This document shows positions 12,698 to 24,949 of a DNA stretch of 64,000 nucleotides, piece after piece. The notes under the pieces were generated by a model. The model was not told the origin of the DNA. It ran no database searches and saw nothing but the letters and a program-made list of their open reading frames with translations. The stretch covers positions 144,212,001 through 144,276,000 of the forward strand of contig OZ024740.1 in NCBI GenBank assembly GCA_964016885.1. The letters run 5' to 3'. The position numbers and the translations under genes were made by a program. The first letter of the stretch is position 1, and every line of letters starts with the position of its first letter. This DNA comes from Eledone cirrhosa. Taxonomy: Eukaryota.

Positions 12698-12712
12698 CCA
12701 TAGCTCACCAGA

Positions 12713-12955
12713 TATTGGGTAGACAACAAGCTAATAAAATCTTTAATATATTTTGAGAGTAGACTGTATTTAAAATCAAATTAAATATAAATATATAACA
12801 CTTTGTATGGGAAATTCAATTATGGCACTATATAATATTGGGTGGACAACTTTCTAATGAAACCTTTAATATATTATGAGAGAGTAGACTGTATTTAAAA
12901 TTAAATATAAATATATAACATTTTATATAAGGGACTCAATTGAGGCACCATATAA
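12713..12955 (+). repeat. Diverged tandem duplication of about 120 bp
   Basis: tattgggt.gacaac...gagagtagactgtatttaaaat...ggcac.atataa occurs twice. Confidence 0.8.
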
Positions 12956-13517
12956 TGTATATTAAAGCAATGAATTTAATTATTATAATGAGCTAGTTAC
13001 CTCCCCTTAATTCCATACCCACTTTCGGATATTAAACCGTTGAAAATTCTTGCAGCTGAACAACTCTAATCTATAAATATGGATTAAATAACACTAAGTT
13101 ACAATACATTACAATCCATTACTATAACAAACATTCAATACAAATATATTGTAACTTATGTAATGGATGTGAAATCTGTAATTTTCTTTTTCTACAAACA
13201 TACAAATTTGAACTATACAGAAAATATCCTCGCATTGCAACCACCATAATACACTAACATATTCGCTTAAAGTGCTTATATTGCTTGTATTTCATGTAAT
13301 ACCTTGCCATACAGTACTCATATATGCATGATACATTTGCTTGTTCTATTCCTTTATATATGACTAACGCATGTACTATCTCTTTAATTTAATTATTAGA
13401 CTATTCTCTTGTATTATCTGTCGCATGTATTCCACCCTATGCTTTTAATTTTAAATTTAATTTTGATTTTAATCTTAATTTGAATTATTGTACAATTATA
13501 GTATAATATAATATATG

Positions 13518-16171
13518 CCTTCCCTAGTGAGGAATGTACATCCCAACATAGCTTAGTTGTCAGCGACCTCACAGTTAGAACTAGACGAACCTGGAAAAGA
13601 AAGATCTGGAAGCTGAAAAACCCCTCAACCAGTAACAGATTTAAAGATATTTTACTCAATGCCTACGACAGTAAAGAAGAACAGATAGAGACATTCAATG
13701 TAGAAGAGCACTGGGAGTTCCTAAAAAATAACTTACTAGAGGCGACGGATGAGGTCTGTGGCTGGAGTAAGACCACAAGCAAGAGGAGAGTGACTTGGTG
13801 GTGGAACAATAAGGTAGATGAGGCAGTTAAGGCCAAGAGACAGGCATGGAAAGAATGGAAGAACGGGGGGAGCAGGGTACATTACATAGAGACCAAGAGG
13901 GAAGCTAGACGACAAGAATACTTAGCTAGGAGGGAAGCAGAGGATAGAAAATTCAAGCATGTTTTGCAACGTGAGGACCAGAAACAGGAGGTGTTCAAGA
14001 TTGCGAGGCAGTGTGTCAGAGAGAATTGTGATGTCATTGGAGAGAAGTGTATCCGGAATGATGAAGGTGAGCTTGCCCTCACAAGTGCTGAGAAGAAAGA
14101 TGCATGGAAGAGTCATTATGATAGATTACTAAATGAGGAAAATGCATGGGAAGAAGAGACCCTACCCCAAGTAGACCCTATAGAGGGGCCAGCAGTACAA
14201 GTCAGCAGCAGCGTAGTAAGTAAGGCAATCAAAGATATGAAGATGGGGAAGGCAACCGGTCCATCGGGTATAGCTGCCGAGATGCTGAAGGCATCTGGGT
14301 CTGTTGGTCACACTATAACCACACGTATTGTTAACCAGGTAATACTAGAAGGTGTCATACTAAAAGATTGGTGCAGTAGCATCATTGTCAACTGCTACAA
14401 AGGTAAAGGTGATGCACTTGATAGAGGAAACTATAGAGGTATAAAGCTGATGGACCAGGTCATGAAAGTAACAGAAAGAGTTATAGCACAGTTGATTAGG
14501 GACCGGGTGAAACTAGATGAGATGCAATTTGGGTTTGTACCAGGAAGAGGCACCACTGATGTCCTCTTCCTTGTGAGGCAGTTACAGGAAAAGTACCTAG
14601 CTAAAAGTAAGCCACTCTACTTGGTATTCGTCGATCTTGAGAAAGCCTTTGACAGAGTTCCACGTGCTGTAATCTGGTGGGCCCTTAGAAAACTAGGAGT
14701 AGATGAATGGCTTGTGAAAGCTGTACAAGCCATGTATAGGGGAGCAGTCAGCAAAGTTAGGATTAGCAATGAGTATAGCGAGGAATTGAGAGTACAGGTT
14801 GGGGTCCACCAGGGCTCTGGACTTAGCCCCCTCCTGTTCATCATAGTCCTGCAGGCAATAACAGAGGAGTTTAACACCGGATGCCCATGGGAACTCCTGT
14901 ATGCTGATGACCTCGCACTTATAGCTGAATCTATGGTAGAACTAGAGAAGAAATTCCAAACTTGGAAGCAGGGACTAGAAAGAAAGGGTCTCAAAGTCAA
15001 CATGACAAAGACTAAGGTCCTTGTAAGTAGACGAGAAGACAGAACCCAGATACCCTCAGGGAAATGGCCTTGCTCAGTATGTAGGAAAGGTGTAGGTAGG
15101 AACTCCATTCTCTGCCCCAAATGCAAACAATGGGTACACAAGAGATGTAGTGGGCTCTCAGGAAGTTTAATTAAGAATGTAGGCTTCACGTGCAGCAGCT
15201 GTGCTGGGACAGCAAGCAGCAAACAGCCACAGGAAACAAGAACCACCAATCTCTGGGAGGGCTCTGTAGAAACAGTAGACAGCTTCTGCTACCTAGGTGA
15301 CCGAATTAGCAGCGGAGGTGGGTGTTCAGAAAGTACAATAACTAGGGTAAGAACAGGATGGAAGAAGTTTAGGGAACTACTACCACTGCTAGCTGCAAAA
15401 GGCTTCTCCCTCAAAATGAAAGGCAGACTGTATGATGCGTGTATCCGAACAGCGATGTTGCATGGTAGTGAGACCTGGGCGCTGAAGGTGAAAGACTTAC
15501 GTAGATTGGAGAGAAACGAAGCCTGCATGCTCCAATGGATGTGTAACAGTAATATATGCGACCGACAAAGCATAAATGAATTGAGAGAGAGACTGAGCAT
15601 AAGAGGAATCAAATGCTGTGTGCAGGAGAGGCGGTTGCGTTGGTATGGACATGTGATGCATATGAAGGATGACAGCTGCATAAAAAGGTGCAGAGCACTA
15701 GAAGTCGATGGAAACCGCGGAGTGGGGAGACCCAAGATGACCTGGGATGAGGTGATAAAAGCCGACCTTACCCAATTACACCTCTCAAAGGCGATGACAC
15801 ACGACCGTGACCTCTGGCGTCACGCAGTAATACAGAGTACCCGACCTCCCATGGGTACAAGCTGAAGCATATAGACAATATGCCCCCACACCCCCCACTG
15901 CAAGGTGGTCGTGGAGGTGCAACGGCAAAAAAGCACCCAGCCCACACTGTAAAGTGGACGTGTAGGCGCCACGAAAAAGTACCCAGCACTCACTGTAAAT
16001 GAGGTTGGTGTTAGGAAGGGCATCCAGCTGTAGAAATCAAGCCAAATCAGTTCCTGTATGAGCAAGGCATGGTCAGCCGACCAGACACTGCCCACAACAG
16101 GACAACCCGTCTAACCCATGCTAGCATGGAAGAACGGACATAAAACAGTGATGATGATGATGATGACGATG
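13518..16171 (+). mobile_element. Young 5'-truncated RTE-clade LINE with (GAT)n tail
   Basis: Open frame 13520-15865, 3' UTR, tail gatgatgatgatgatgacgatg; splits the right arm of the inverted repeat with an ATG overlap. Confidence 0.95.
13520..15865 (+). CDS. RTE ORF lacking its 5' end: end of AP endonuclease (EECTSQH), RT (QFGF..GRGTTD, DLEKAFDRV, GVHQGS.LSP, YADD), PHD finger, C-terminal domain
   Basis: The 691-aa ORF in the track extends upstream in frame to 13520 without stops. Confidence 0.9.
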   Translation, partial: FPSEECTSQHSLVVSDLTVRTRRTWKRKIWKLKNPSTSNRFKDILLNAYDSKEEQIETFNVEEHWEFLKNNLLEATDEVCGWSKTTSKRRVTWWWNNKVDEAVKAKRQAWKEWKNGGSRVHYIETKREARRQEYLARREAEDRKFKHVLQREDQKQEVFKIARQCVRENCDVIGEKCIRNDEGELALTSAEKKDAWKSHYDRLLNEENAWEEETLPQVDPIEGPAVQVSSSVVSKAIKDMKMGKATGPSGIAAEMLKASGSVGHTITTRIVNQVILEGVILKDWCSSIIVNCYKGKGDALDRGNYRGIKLMDQVMKVTERVIAQLIRDRVKLDEMQFGFVPGRGTTDVLFLVRQLQEKYLAKSKPLYLVFVDLEKAFDRVPRAVIWWALRKLGVDEWLVKAVQAMYRGAVSKVRISNEYSEELRVQVGVHQGSGLSPLLFIIVLQAITEEFNTGCPWELLYADDLALIAESMVELEKKFQTWKQGLERKGLKVNMTKTKVLVSRREDRTQIPSGKWPCSVCRKGVGRNSILCPKCKQWVHKRCSGLSGSLIKNVGFTCSSCAGTASSKQPQETRTTNLWEGSVETVDSFCYLGDRISSGGGCSESTITRVRTGWKKFRELLPLLAAKGFSLKMKGRLYDACIRTAMLHGSETWALKVKDLRRLERNEACMLQWMCNSNICDRQSINELRERLSIRGIKCCVQERRLRWYGHVMHMKDDSCIKRCRALEVDGNRGVGRPKMTWDEVIKADLTQLHLSKAMTHDRDLWRHAVIQSTRPPMGTS

Positions 16172-16274
16172 TCGCATCCATTCCACACTGTAAACATGAA
16201 ACTGTTGTCAATATATATGTATCTGTATGATTCTTCAGTTGAATAGGAGGTTAATTGTGTGTACAAACATTAAT

Positions 16275-16326
16275 AATGCTCCGAAGACTCCAAGCCTAGG
16301 TTTGGAAGAAACAATTGTCAGCGATT
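16275..16326 (+). ncRNA. Second hammerhead copy with core mutation (CCGAAGA instead of CUGAAGA), probably inactive
   Basis: aatgct-ccgaaga-ctccaagcctaggtttggaa-gaaac-aatt-gtc-agcgatt. Confidence 0.6.
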
Positions 16327-17080
16327 AAATGTTTTAAACATAACTTTGATTCTTGTGTATTCAATATTACTGCTCTGTAGAACAACTGATGTTATTACAT
16401 TGAGCTATTTATCTTACTGGTAATAAGGTAGTAATAAACTACCGACCTTCCCTGTTTATAGTTGTCTATAGTATAGTATATACATAACTAGTATCTTTAA
16501 TATTATATATATAGAGAGAAAGAGAGAGAGCAAGGATAAGGCAGAAAGAGATATTAGATGCTCTTACGTAGTAGTAGAGGAGGAGGGGATAATCAGTTAA
16601 ATTCTAATGTAACAGTGGATAAGGAGTTTGCTTCACAATCGCATCAAGTTTGATCCCACTGTATGGAACTTTGGGCAAGTGTCTTCTAGTATACGATCAG
16701 TTAGTGAATTTATTGAGCTAAAAAAAAGTGCAGGAGTGTGTGAGAGTTTGGGTGTATCTATGTCTATATGCATCGGTGTTTGTGCCTGTCTCCGTGTGTA
16801 TTCATGATACTGTTTAAACAAGTGTTGCCTTTTGTTTATCTCATGTATAAACACTCCCAGAGATTAGCTGTTTGACAAAAATCGGTGAAATAAAGTACCC
16901 TACTTAAAAACGAAGTTTAGGTTAGTGTCAGGAAGAAGCTGTAAAATTCAGCCCCACAAAGTCTTATGCAACTAACAGGAAAAAGCTGGAGTAACAAAAA
17001 AAAAAAAAAACAGTAATGATGAACCTAATGGTGAAGAATATGTTAGTTTTGAAGCCATCCAAATTCATGACCACAATAAA

Positions 17081-17304
17081 TTAACCCTGTAGCATTTAAA
17101 CCGGCTGTATCTAGCCAAAATTATCTCACTTCTTTCTGTTCAAACCAGCCATAACCAGCCACTTATACCAACATTAAGGTATCAATCTCAAAATAAATAA
17201 TAACAACATCAAAATCTTGTAAATTTGATATTATTTGAGATAATTATGTGAGATAAAGCCTTTACTGCAAAAATATAATAGTAATGTAAATGCTAAAGGG
17301 TTAA
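17081..17304. mobile_element. TTAA-flanked MITE with TIR ccct.tagcattt; second copy 33170-33382, partial copy about 61270-61347
   Basis: ttaaccctgtagcattt ... aaatgctaaagggttaa; the internal sequence is shared between copies. Confidence 0.8.
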
Positions 17305-18244
17305 AGGAGGATAGAATTTTGATTGTGTAGGTATGACTTAGTACTGGAGTAGAAAACCAAGGGTACGAAACAGTAGCATTTTAGAAACTTTTGTTGTAAC
17401 ACAAGACTAATACTAAGGAGATAATTCTTTTACTGGTTTTAGATGTTGGATTGTGGTCATGCTGGAAGCACCATCCGCTAAGGTCTTCAGTCAATTATAC
17501 TGACTCCGCTATTTAATCGCAGACCTATTTTACTTACCTTGGCGGAAGATGAAAGGCAAAGCTGACTGGGATGGCAGCAGGGTGGGGTGGGGTTAGCAGA
17601 TGTTGAATGAAATGATACAAGATATTTTCATTTGATCCAGTTAACTCCTCCTCCGCCACCAACCATCATATACATCAGTTTCACTCACAATGCTTTGGTT
17701 GAAGATACTTTGTCAAAATCTGCACTGTGGGATCACACCCAGAACCCTGTGGTTGTGAAATAAACTTCTTAATCACATAGCTATGCTAGTACAAATGGTT
17801 GGTAAATTGGCAAAGTCATTTGAACATTGGATAGAATGCTTTGTGGCATTTGTTTGGCTCTCTGCACTCTCTGAGTTCAAATCCTGCTGAGGTTAACTTC
17901 ACCTTTTATTTTTAAGACTGATAAATAGAGTATCAGTGCAGTTCTGGAGTCGATTATTCCTATATATCTCTTTCTCACTTCTCTCTCGCTCTCTCTGTGG
18001 AAGAATTCTAGTGTAGGTTCTGCTACGTTTAAAATTACCAAGATGTAGGTAAAGACAGTACTCTATGTCTCCATCAGGAGTTAGGGTCCATACATAGACA
18101 TGCTGGTATATTATGAACTAGCATAATACAACAACTCCATGAGCTATATATTAAACTAGTTAGAATTCAAAATAAAAGAGAAAATGCTAACAGCTATGTT
18201 GCTGCATTTATGTAATTCATCTTTTGATTAATAGTAGAATGTAG

Positions 18245-18770
18245 TGAAAGCACATGGCTTAGTGCTTTTGGTTTTCAACTCATGATTATATGATTGTGAG
18301 TTTGATTCCAAGTGGTGCATTGTGTCCCTTGAGCAAGATACTTTATTTAACATTGCTCCAGTCCACTCAGTTGGAAAAAATGTACTGTGACAACACTGGT
18401 GTCAAGCTGTTTTGACCTTTGCATTTCCCTTGGACAATCTCATTGGCAAGGATAAAGGAAACTTGCATGCATGGATGACTGCTGGTCTTCCACAAAACAT
18501 CATGCTTGGGTGGTGTATTGTCTCGTGGCAATACCACTTTATTTTATGCTGTTTCAGTCTACTTAGCTGGAATAAAAAATGAGTTGTACCTGTAAAAGGG
18601 ACAACCTTGTTGCACACTGTCACACTGAATCCCCCTGAGAACTACATTAAGATTGCACGTGTTTGTGGAATTCTCAGCCACTTACACATTAATTTCACAA
18701 ACAGGCTGTTCCGTTGTCCAAACAACTGGAACACTCATCATCGGAACCAATGGAAGTCCAACAACTACAA
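18245..18770 (+). mobile_element. tRNA-derived SINE, long family; related pieces at about 8420-8540, 10730-11030, 16625-16900, 36195-36500, 38520-38680, 40270-40650, 41340-41490, 58690-58815
   Basis: A-box tggcttagtg, B-box-like gagtttgattcc, ccttgagcaagatactt core, recurrent 3' segment ctcagccactt.cacattaatttcac. Confidence 0.7.
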
Positions 18771-19341
18771 GAAGTAGCTTGAGTATTCCAATATATGATA
18801 TCACCCAGTAATACCAGTGCGGGTCATTTTGATTTGAAGTTGAAAAGGGCTCCCATTAATGCTGTATTTTAAATAAATACATTTTAACCCATCAAAAGTG
18901 ATATCCAGGTAATAATTTTTCACCTTTATAAAATAGCAGAAAAATTTAGTTTTAACAAAATTGGAAGGAGCCCCTTGAAGTGGAGTGGGTGATGCATCAG
19001 GTGCTGCTGGCTGTTCTCTGCAGCTAAGCTTTTGCTATCTTGTCTGGTGAGCACAGTTGATATATAGTCTAGACAATAGTGAAGATTCTGCCCATAACTC
19101 CCTTCTTCCTTTTACTTTCATTATTTAATTAATTCTTTTCTTCCTGACAATGAAATTATTTATCATTGATTTTCAATAAAGTTCATTTAGACACAAATTT
19201 ATATCATCCATAATTATAGAAATGTAAACAGTATAATTACAACATTTTTTTTTATTTTTGCATATTCCCAACAAAGAAAAAAAAAATCACATTTGAAAAC
19301 TTTATATATCTGTTCATATGTAATGTTTGTTTTTTTCTTAC

Positions 19342-19400
19342 CTGGCCATGAAGGTCTGTGTTTAACAACATTATTGCACATGTTAAGGTGTGACAGGCAT
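19342..19400 (-). CDS. PSD: PSD/EFA6 59-nt exon, Sec7 motif 2 (DACHTLTCAIMLLNTDLHGQ)
   Basis: tttgcag acceptor, CAG|gtaag donor; IMLLNTDLH is a Sec7 signature. Confidence 0.95.
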
Positions 19401-20949
19401 CTGCAAATAAAATATAAAAAAATACTTTAGTAGATTTTTAACAACAACAATAGAATAATTTCTAATTTAGGCATTAGGCTAGATCGACTCAAGTAGTTGT
19501 TGCCTGGTATTTTATTTTATCAACCTCGGAAAAATGAAAGGTGAAGTTGACTCTGGCAAGATTTGAACACAGAAAATAAAGACCCAGAACAAATATTGAT
19601 CTAACAAATCTGCCAATTCCATCGCCCTATTAATAACAACTATATAATAATATCAGTCCTCTGCAAAGTAATGAGGTACTAAATTTCGATGGGAGGTGGA
19701 ACTGTTATGCTCATGCTTTGCCAAAAAAGTAGCATGACAAATGAAACAGTTGTAAATGCATTATGGGGCCGATAAAATAAAGTACTAATCAAATACTAGG
19801 GTCTATTTAATCAAATTTGCTGGCCTTGTGCCAAAATTACAAACAATAGTTTCAACAGGAAACAGAAACTAAATTGGTCAACCATTTTAAAAAAAAATAA
19901 TCCAAATTAATTATTCTTTGATTAATTAAAATTAAATCGAGAAACTACTACTGATGTTTTGCTTAAAATGTAAGTCACACTCACAGCAATACCAAAGCTT
20001 TTAGATTAGTTGAGTTCTAGATTCTTTGTTAATGCCTTTATAATTGGAGTCCAAATTTAATACTAACCCACCCCCAAACCGCCTATTTTAAGGGATTCCC
20101 ATTTAAATTATAATATTTCAACATAATTTTATGTAAAAACCTTTCGTTAAATTACATTACAAATACCATCTCAATAATGAAATATTGAATCATTTTAGTT
20201 AATCAATCCAAATTCTTTATTTAATAATTCAAATACAATGTATTTTATGAGAAATATGGTAATGAATGGGTTAAAGCAGATATATTTGGGTATTCTTATT
20301 GCTAATAGTTGCAGAAAGCAACCCAAGATTGAAATGAATAAGCCTGACATTTTAAAACAAAATTTCCTATTACTGATCATTGTTTTGGGGCGTACACTAA
20401 TAGTAGCCACTCAGCATTTGAATACCAAACTAAAATTGGCCTTTCATACCATTTCACTAGTTGTATGTCATCTAATTAAAGCCCAAACTCAGATATAGTG
20501 GTTCCAATACCCCAAACAAGGCAGTGTTGAACAACATTTTACAAATAAAATGTTGTCACATCTTTGCTTTAACTTTAACATTTTGGAACAATTTAGCAGA
20601 AAATATTTAAAAACATCATTAATTCAAATATTTATAGTATGCACAGATCTTTGTGAAAATTTGCAGTAAACTAAAGACTTTAATTGTTAATATGAAACAG
20701 TCATAGTACTGTTTTGTCCTTTTATGTCTTGCTAATGCAATTTCATGTTAAGAGTTAATTTTTCAGAGAATTATGATCACCCTGAGCAAGAACTTGTCTA
20801 AATCTTTTAACATTAAACAGCGAAAAACTTGTCATAACATACATAGAATTCTTTAATTTTTATAAACAATTCACATTTATTTCCATACAACAAGCAATGC
20901 ATGAAGGAATGAGTTATATATGCTTTCATTCAAATTTTTGAAAAGTATA

Positions 20950-21140
20950 ATAATTGTTTCTACTTTTGGCACAAGGCCAGCAATTACCCAGAGTATTACT
21001 GGTACTTTATTTTATCGACCCCGTAAGGATGAAAGGCAAAGTCAACCTCGGTGGGATTTGAACTCAGATCGTAAAGGGACGTAACTATGCTGGAAAGCAT
21101 GGTGTCCAGCCCTCTACCGATACTGCCAATCCCTGCCACT
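20950..21140 (-). mobile_element. tRNA-derived short SINE (MetaSINE-like central domain)
   Basis: A-box tggcagtatcgg, B-box gagttcaaatccc, core gaggttgactttgcctttcatcc...gtcgataaaataaagtacc, (ATT)n tail; near-identical to 24950-25128. Confidence 0.8.
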
Positions 21141-21879
21141 TCAGTATTATATATATATAAAAAAAAGAAGAAGGAATTCAATTGTATCCCACAACCCTAT
21201 TCAGCATCAAATAGATTTTAAAAAGTTATGTCCTATTAAAATGTTTTCATCTAAATTTGTATCTCAAGCCCATTTTCTTTCTGCTTGGCTACATACTATA
21301 TTCCAGTTTTGCTGGGAAAAATACTGTTTGTACTTAGGTAGAATCTGGTTTCTTCACCACCCACCCCTCTTACCTGAATATCAGTAACAGAAACTTCTAA
21401 TAACTGCTTCAGAGTTTTTCTTCCGTATTCTTCTAAATGTATTTACTATCTTTAGTTGTTCCACTAACTCATCCTACATGGAGAACATGCATTTCAATTT
21501 ACCTCTCTCTGTCATTCAAGTCATCTTTCTCTGACTCAAACCACACAACTCTTATTAGTTCTCCTGCTCTTCCTATGTGCAATTCTGAAAGGTTTGTACT
21601 AGTTAGTATATTCCCCTAACTTCATGACTGGTTTAGTGAAAGATAACTAAATATACACTAAACCAGACTTGCACTGCTTATAGCCAGAAATACCTCAGGA
21701 ATATTTTTTAATGATGCTTCAATCTTAGACCTGACAATCTCTGATGAGCTTTTATATATAACATTGACAAATCCTTATCTCAACTACCAGAATATTTCAT
21801 CATCTATGACAAATTATTTCAGCTATAATTAGTTGCTGACTTACTACAAAGCTCTTATAAGATTTATTTTATTCATTCA

Positions 21880-22405
21880 TTTCCTCATCATTTTACATCC
21901 ATTGCTCCATGATTGCATGGGTTGGACAGGTCCTTCTTAGTACAGCATCTCTCCCCTTGTTACATTCCTTTGTCATCTCTATGAGCTTCAATGATTTGAA
22001 AATCAGCTTTCACAACTTCCATCCAGGTCTTCCACTCGGATAACTTAGCACTTCACCTAGCAATCATCATCCATGCACATCACATGTCCATACTAATGTA
22101 GTCTCCTCTTGTGCACAGTACATTTAAGTCTTCTTATACTCAGTTTCTCTCTCAGTTCATCCATGCTTTGTCGCTCTCACACATTAACATTGCACATCCA
22201 TCCAAGCATGTTTGCCTTATTTCTCTTCAGCCTTTGCATGCCCTCTGAGTTCACCACCCATGTCTCACTATCATGCAACATTGCACTTTGCACACAGGCA
22301 TCATACAACTGACCTTTTGTTCATAGGTAGAAACCTTTAATTGTCAAAAGAGGCAGCAGTTTCCTAAACTTCTTCCATCCTGTCCTTTTTTTTAGCTACT
22401 ATTTC
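21880..22405 (-). mobile_element. Old RTE 3' fragment
   Basis: Minus strand gives GWKKFRKLLPLL, LYDACVQSAMLH.SETW remnants. Confidence 0.75.
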
Positions 22406-23610
22406 TTCTTCTTCGGGGAAGAGTTTAATATATCTAACCATCTGTCCATCTCATTTTCTAACAAGTACAAAGCCAATCTGGCTCATGTGAGCCTGACTAG
22501 TAGGTGAGCAGGTGGTTGGCCAGTTTCCTGAAGTTGGTGTTGCAAATGGTTGAATTATGTGCCACAGAATTCCAGAAGACTCATTCTGTTTTCATTTGTT
22601 GAGCTATAGCCACTGTGTATACTGGTGTAGCCATCCTTGCACTGTCCAACCTGTCTATTAAAGTCACCTGCTAGGATGAAGTCTGCCATCAGTAACTGAG
22701 GTTGTTTGTAAAAGGTGTTCCTAAAAGCAGTCATTTTGTTACTTACTTAGTCCTGCTTATGGTACATAGCTAGAGATAATTGTTATTTTACTACCTATGG
22801 CTATTGTAAGTTTGATAATTCTATCACTTATTCTACTTCGATTATTAATCTACCCATTTCTCAGCTAGAATACTTACTCTACATCGTCATTACCTACCCA
22901 GAAGAGCTTGTATCTATGTTGCTTGCATATGAGAAGTCTTGCGAAGGTGCCTCTCCATCTCACCTCCTGAACACAACATACATCGACATTTTATTTATTT
23001 GCAGAAGTTACACAAAAATTCAATGAATATTAGGAAATTTAAACTGAAAATAGTTATCTGCAGATGCCAAAATACCAATCATCAACCACATAATATGGCT
23101 ATTGCAATTGGTCAAATACTTTATCGCCCTGTTCGTGATTGGTTGAACAATCCAAACATGAATTTGTGACTACAGAATTTATAGACTTTAAAGACAGTTT
23201 TGAGCTGTATATAATTTTCATGTATAAATTAAATTGTTCCCAGACGTGTTGCATGAAACTGCAAAATAGTTTGATGTCTTGTGGACTAATATGGTAACTA
23301 ACAAAGTCAATTATTTATAGCTTATATCATCATCAAATTTAGTTTACTAGCATGGGTTAGAAGAGCTACAGTACTTCCAGTGCCAAACCCCAATGCATTG
23401 TACTGACCATGTCAATATATTTGGTTATTTCGAGCTATATTTATTTAACCCTTTCATTACTATCTTTCTAATGAAAAGCATACTATAATTTTAAAATTAT
23501 TTTGAATATAACCAAGAATTTAGAAGAATTTACTAAAATATCTAACTTTTTCGTTGTTTAACTGATGTTTGGAATTTTACATAAAACCATGATGGAGGTT
23601 TTAATATAAA

Positions 23611-24507
23611 TTAGCTGAGGTACCCGCTTCACCCAGGAGAATAGTTAAGAGAAGTCGGATAAAAGAGAAAACGACTGTATTGGATGTGTTGTCTGGTATG
23701 AGGTGAGACCGTAATGTGTGTGTATGTGTGTGAGAGAGACATAAAAAAAAACAATCATAAAACTTCCTTATTAGGCTGGGGAAGTAAACTGCTGATTAAA
23801 TTGTAGCATTGGCCTTGGATTTTAAATGTGAAATAACCTTAGTCAGTATGATCTTTTTCAGCTCCAAAGGACATCATCTGAAACACAGTAATATACTGCA
23901 TAACATTGCTTTTGAAATGTTGCTTTGTTAGTACGGACTGTAAGTAGTCTGAAACAGTACAGAGAAGTACAGAATACCTCGGCCTGGCGATGGTGTAACA
24001 TTTTGTGCTTTATATATATATATATATATATTATATATTAAAATAACAGATTAAAGTTTAAGCAAAGAATCGCTGCTTTCACCCTTAACGGGATCTTCTG
24101 AAACAAAAAAAAAAAAAAATCAATCTGTGAACGCAGAAGTAAATATTTTGAAAAACATTACAACCAAAGGAAAACAGGAAGACGATACTTTGGTTCATGA
24201 AGACGTTCCCTGGCAATGAACGGAAAATAGTGAAGATAATACATCAGCAATGAGAACAATATTTATCATAATGTCGTAATGCAGACAATATTATGAGGGT
24301 TCGACGCTATCTAAAAGGACAGACTAAGACAGAGATCACTAACCGGTGCCTAATGCGGTCCCTAGGGCATTGAAAATTTGAAATATTTTTTGCTCAAAAC
24401 ACTCACACGACCATAAGTATTACATGTGTAAAGTTTGAAAAAAGTCGGTTGGGTGGTTCTCTAGTTTTAGGGAGTCAGACAGACATTCTCTGTTTTAGAT
24501 ATATAGA
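23611..24507 (-). mobile_element. Non-autonomous Helitron nested in a TTAA MITE
   Basis: 5' TCTATATATCTAAAACAGAGAATGTCT, 3' GC-rich hairpin then CTAA (CTRR); inserted between A and T; homologous to 51138-52733. Confidence 0.8.
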
Positions 24508-24949
24508 TATGAACACTTTAAAACAAGCAGTTCTGTATTATAGAACCAGAGGCAGTTTCAGGAGATTTGGTATTAATCAGAAGAGTTAACATGAGGTTTT
24601 AGGTGTTTTTCTTTCTTTTGTTGTTAATGTTGTGAGATTAAGGGCTAAGAGCATTTATCACAACAGTTATAGAGAAATTCTTAAAAAGATTTGGTGCAGC
24701 TCTCCACTATAATGGTTTTAAATTGTCATAGTGTTTTTATTTCTATTGCAAAAGGAAATGCACTACTACTATTGAAGTTCTATTTTCAATTTCTCTACTT
24801 CATTATTGTTTTAAACTTTTTGACACCAATCCAGCCAAAACTGGCTCTGGTTATATGAAACAAAATCACTCATTTTAAAGAGTTCCTGGTTAAATTGAAA
24901 TCTTCCAACATAATTTTGTATAAGAACCATATGTGAAGCTATTATCTTA

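Noticed and set aside
14617-15735. Long antisense ORFs over the RTE (also 45236-45736, 56627-57302, 29775-30784)
   Set aside because: Shadow frames of TE coding sequence with no independent motifs.
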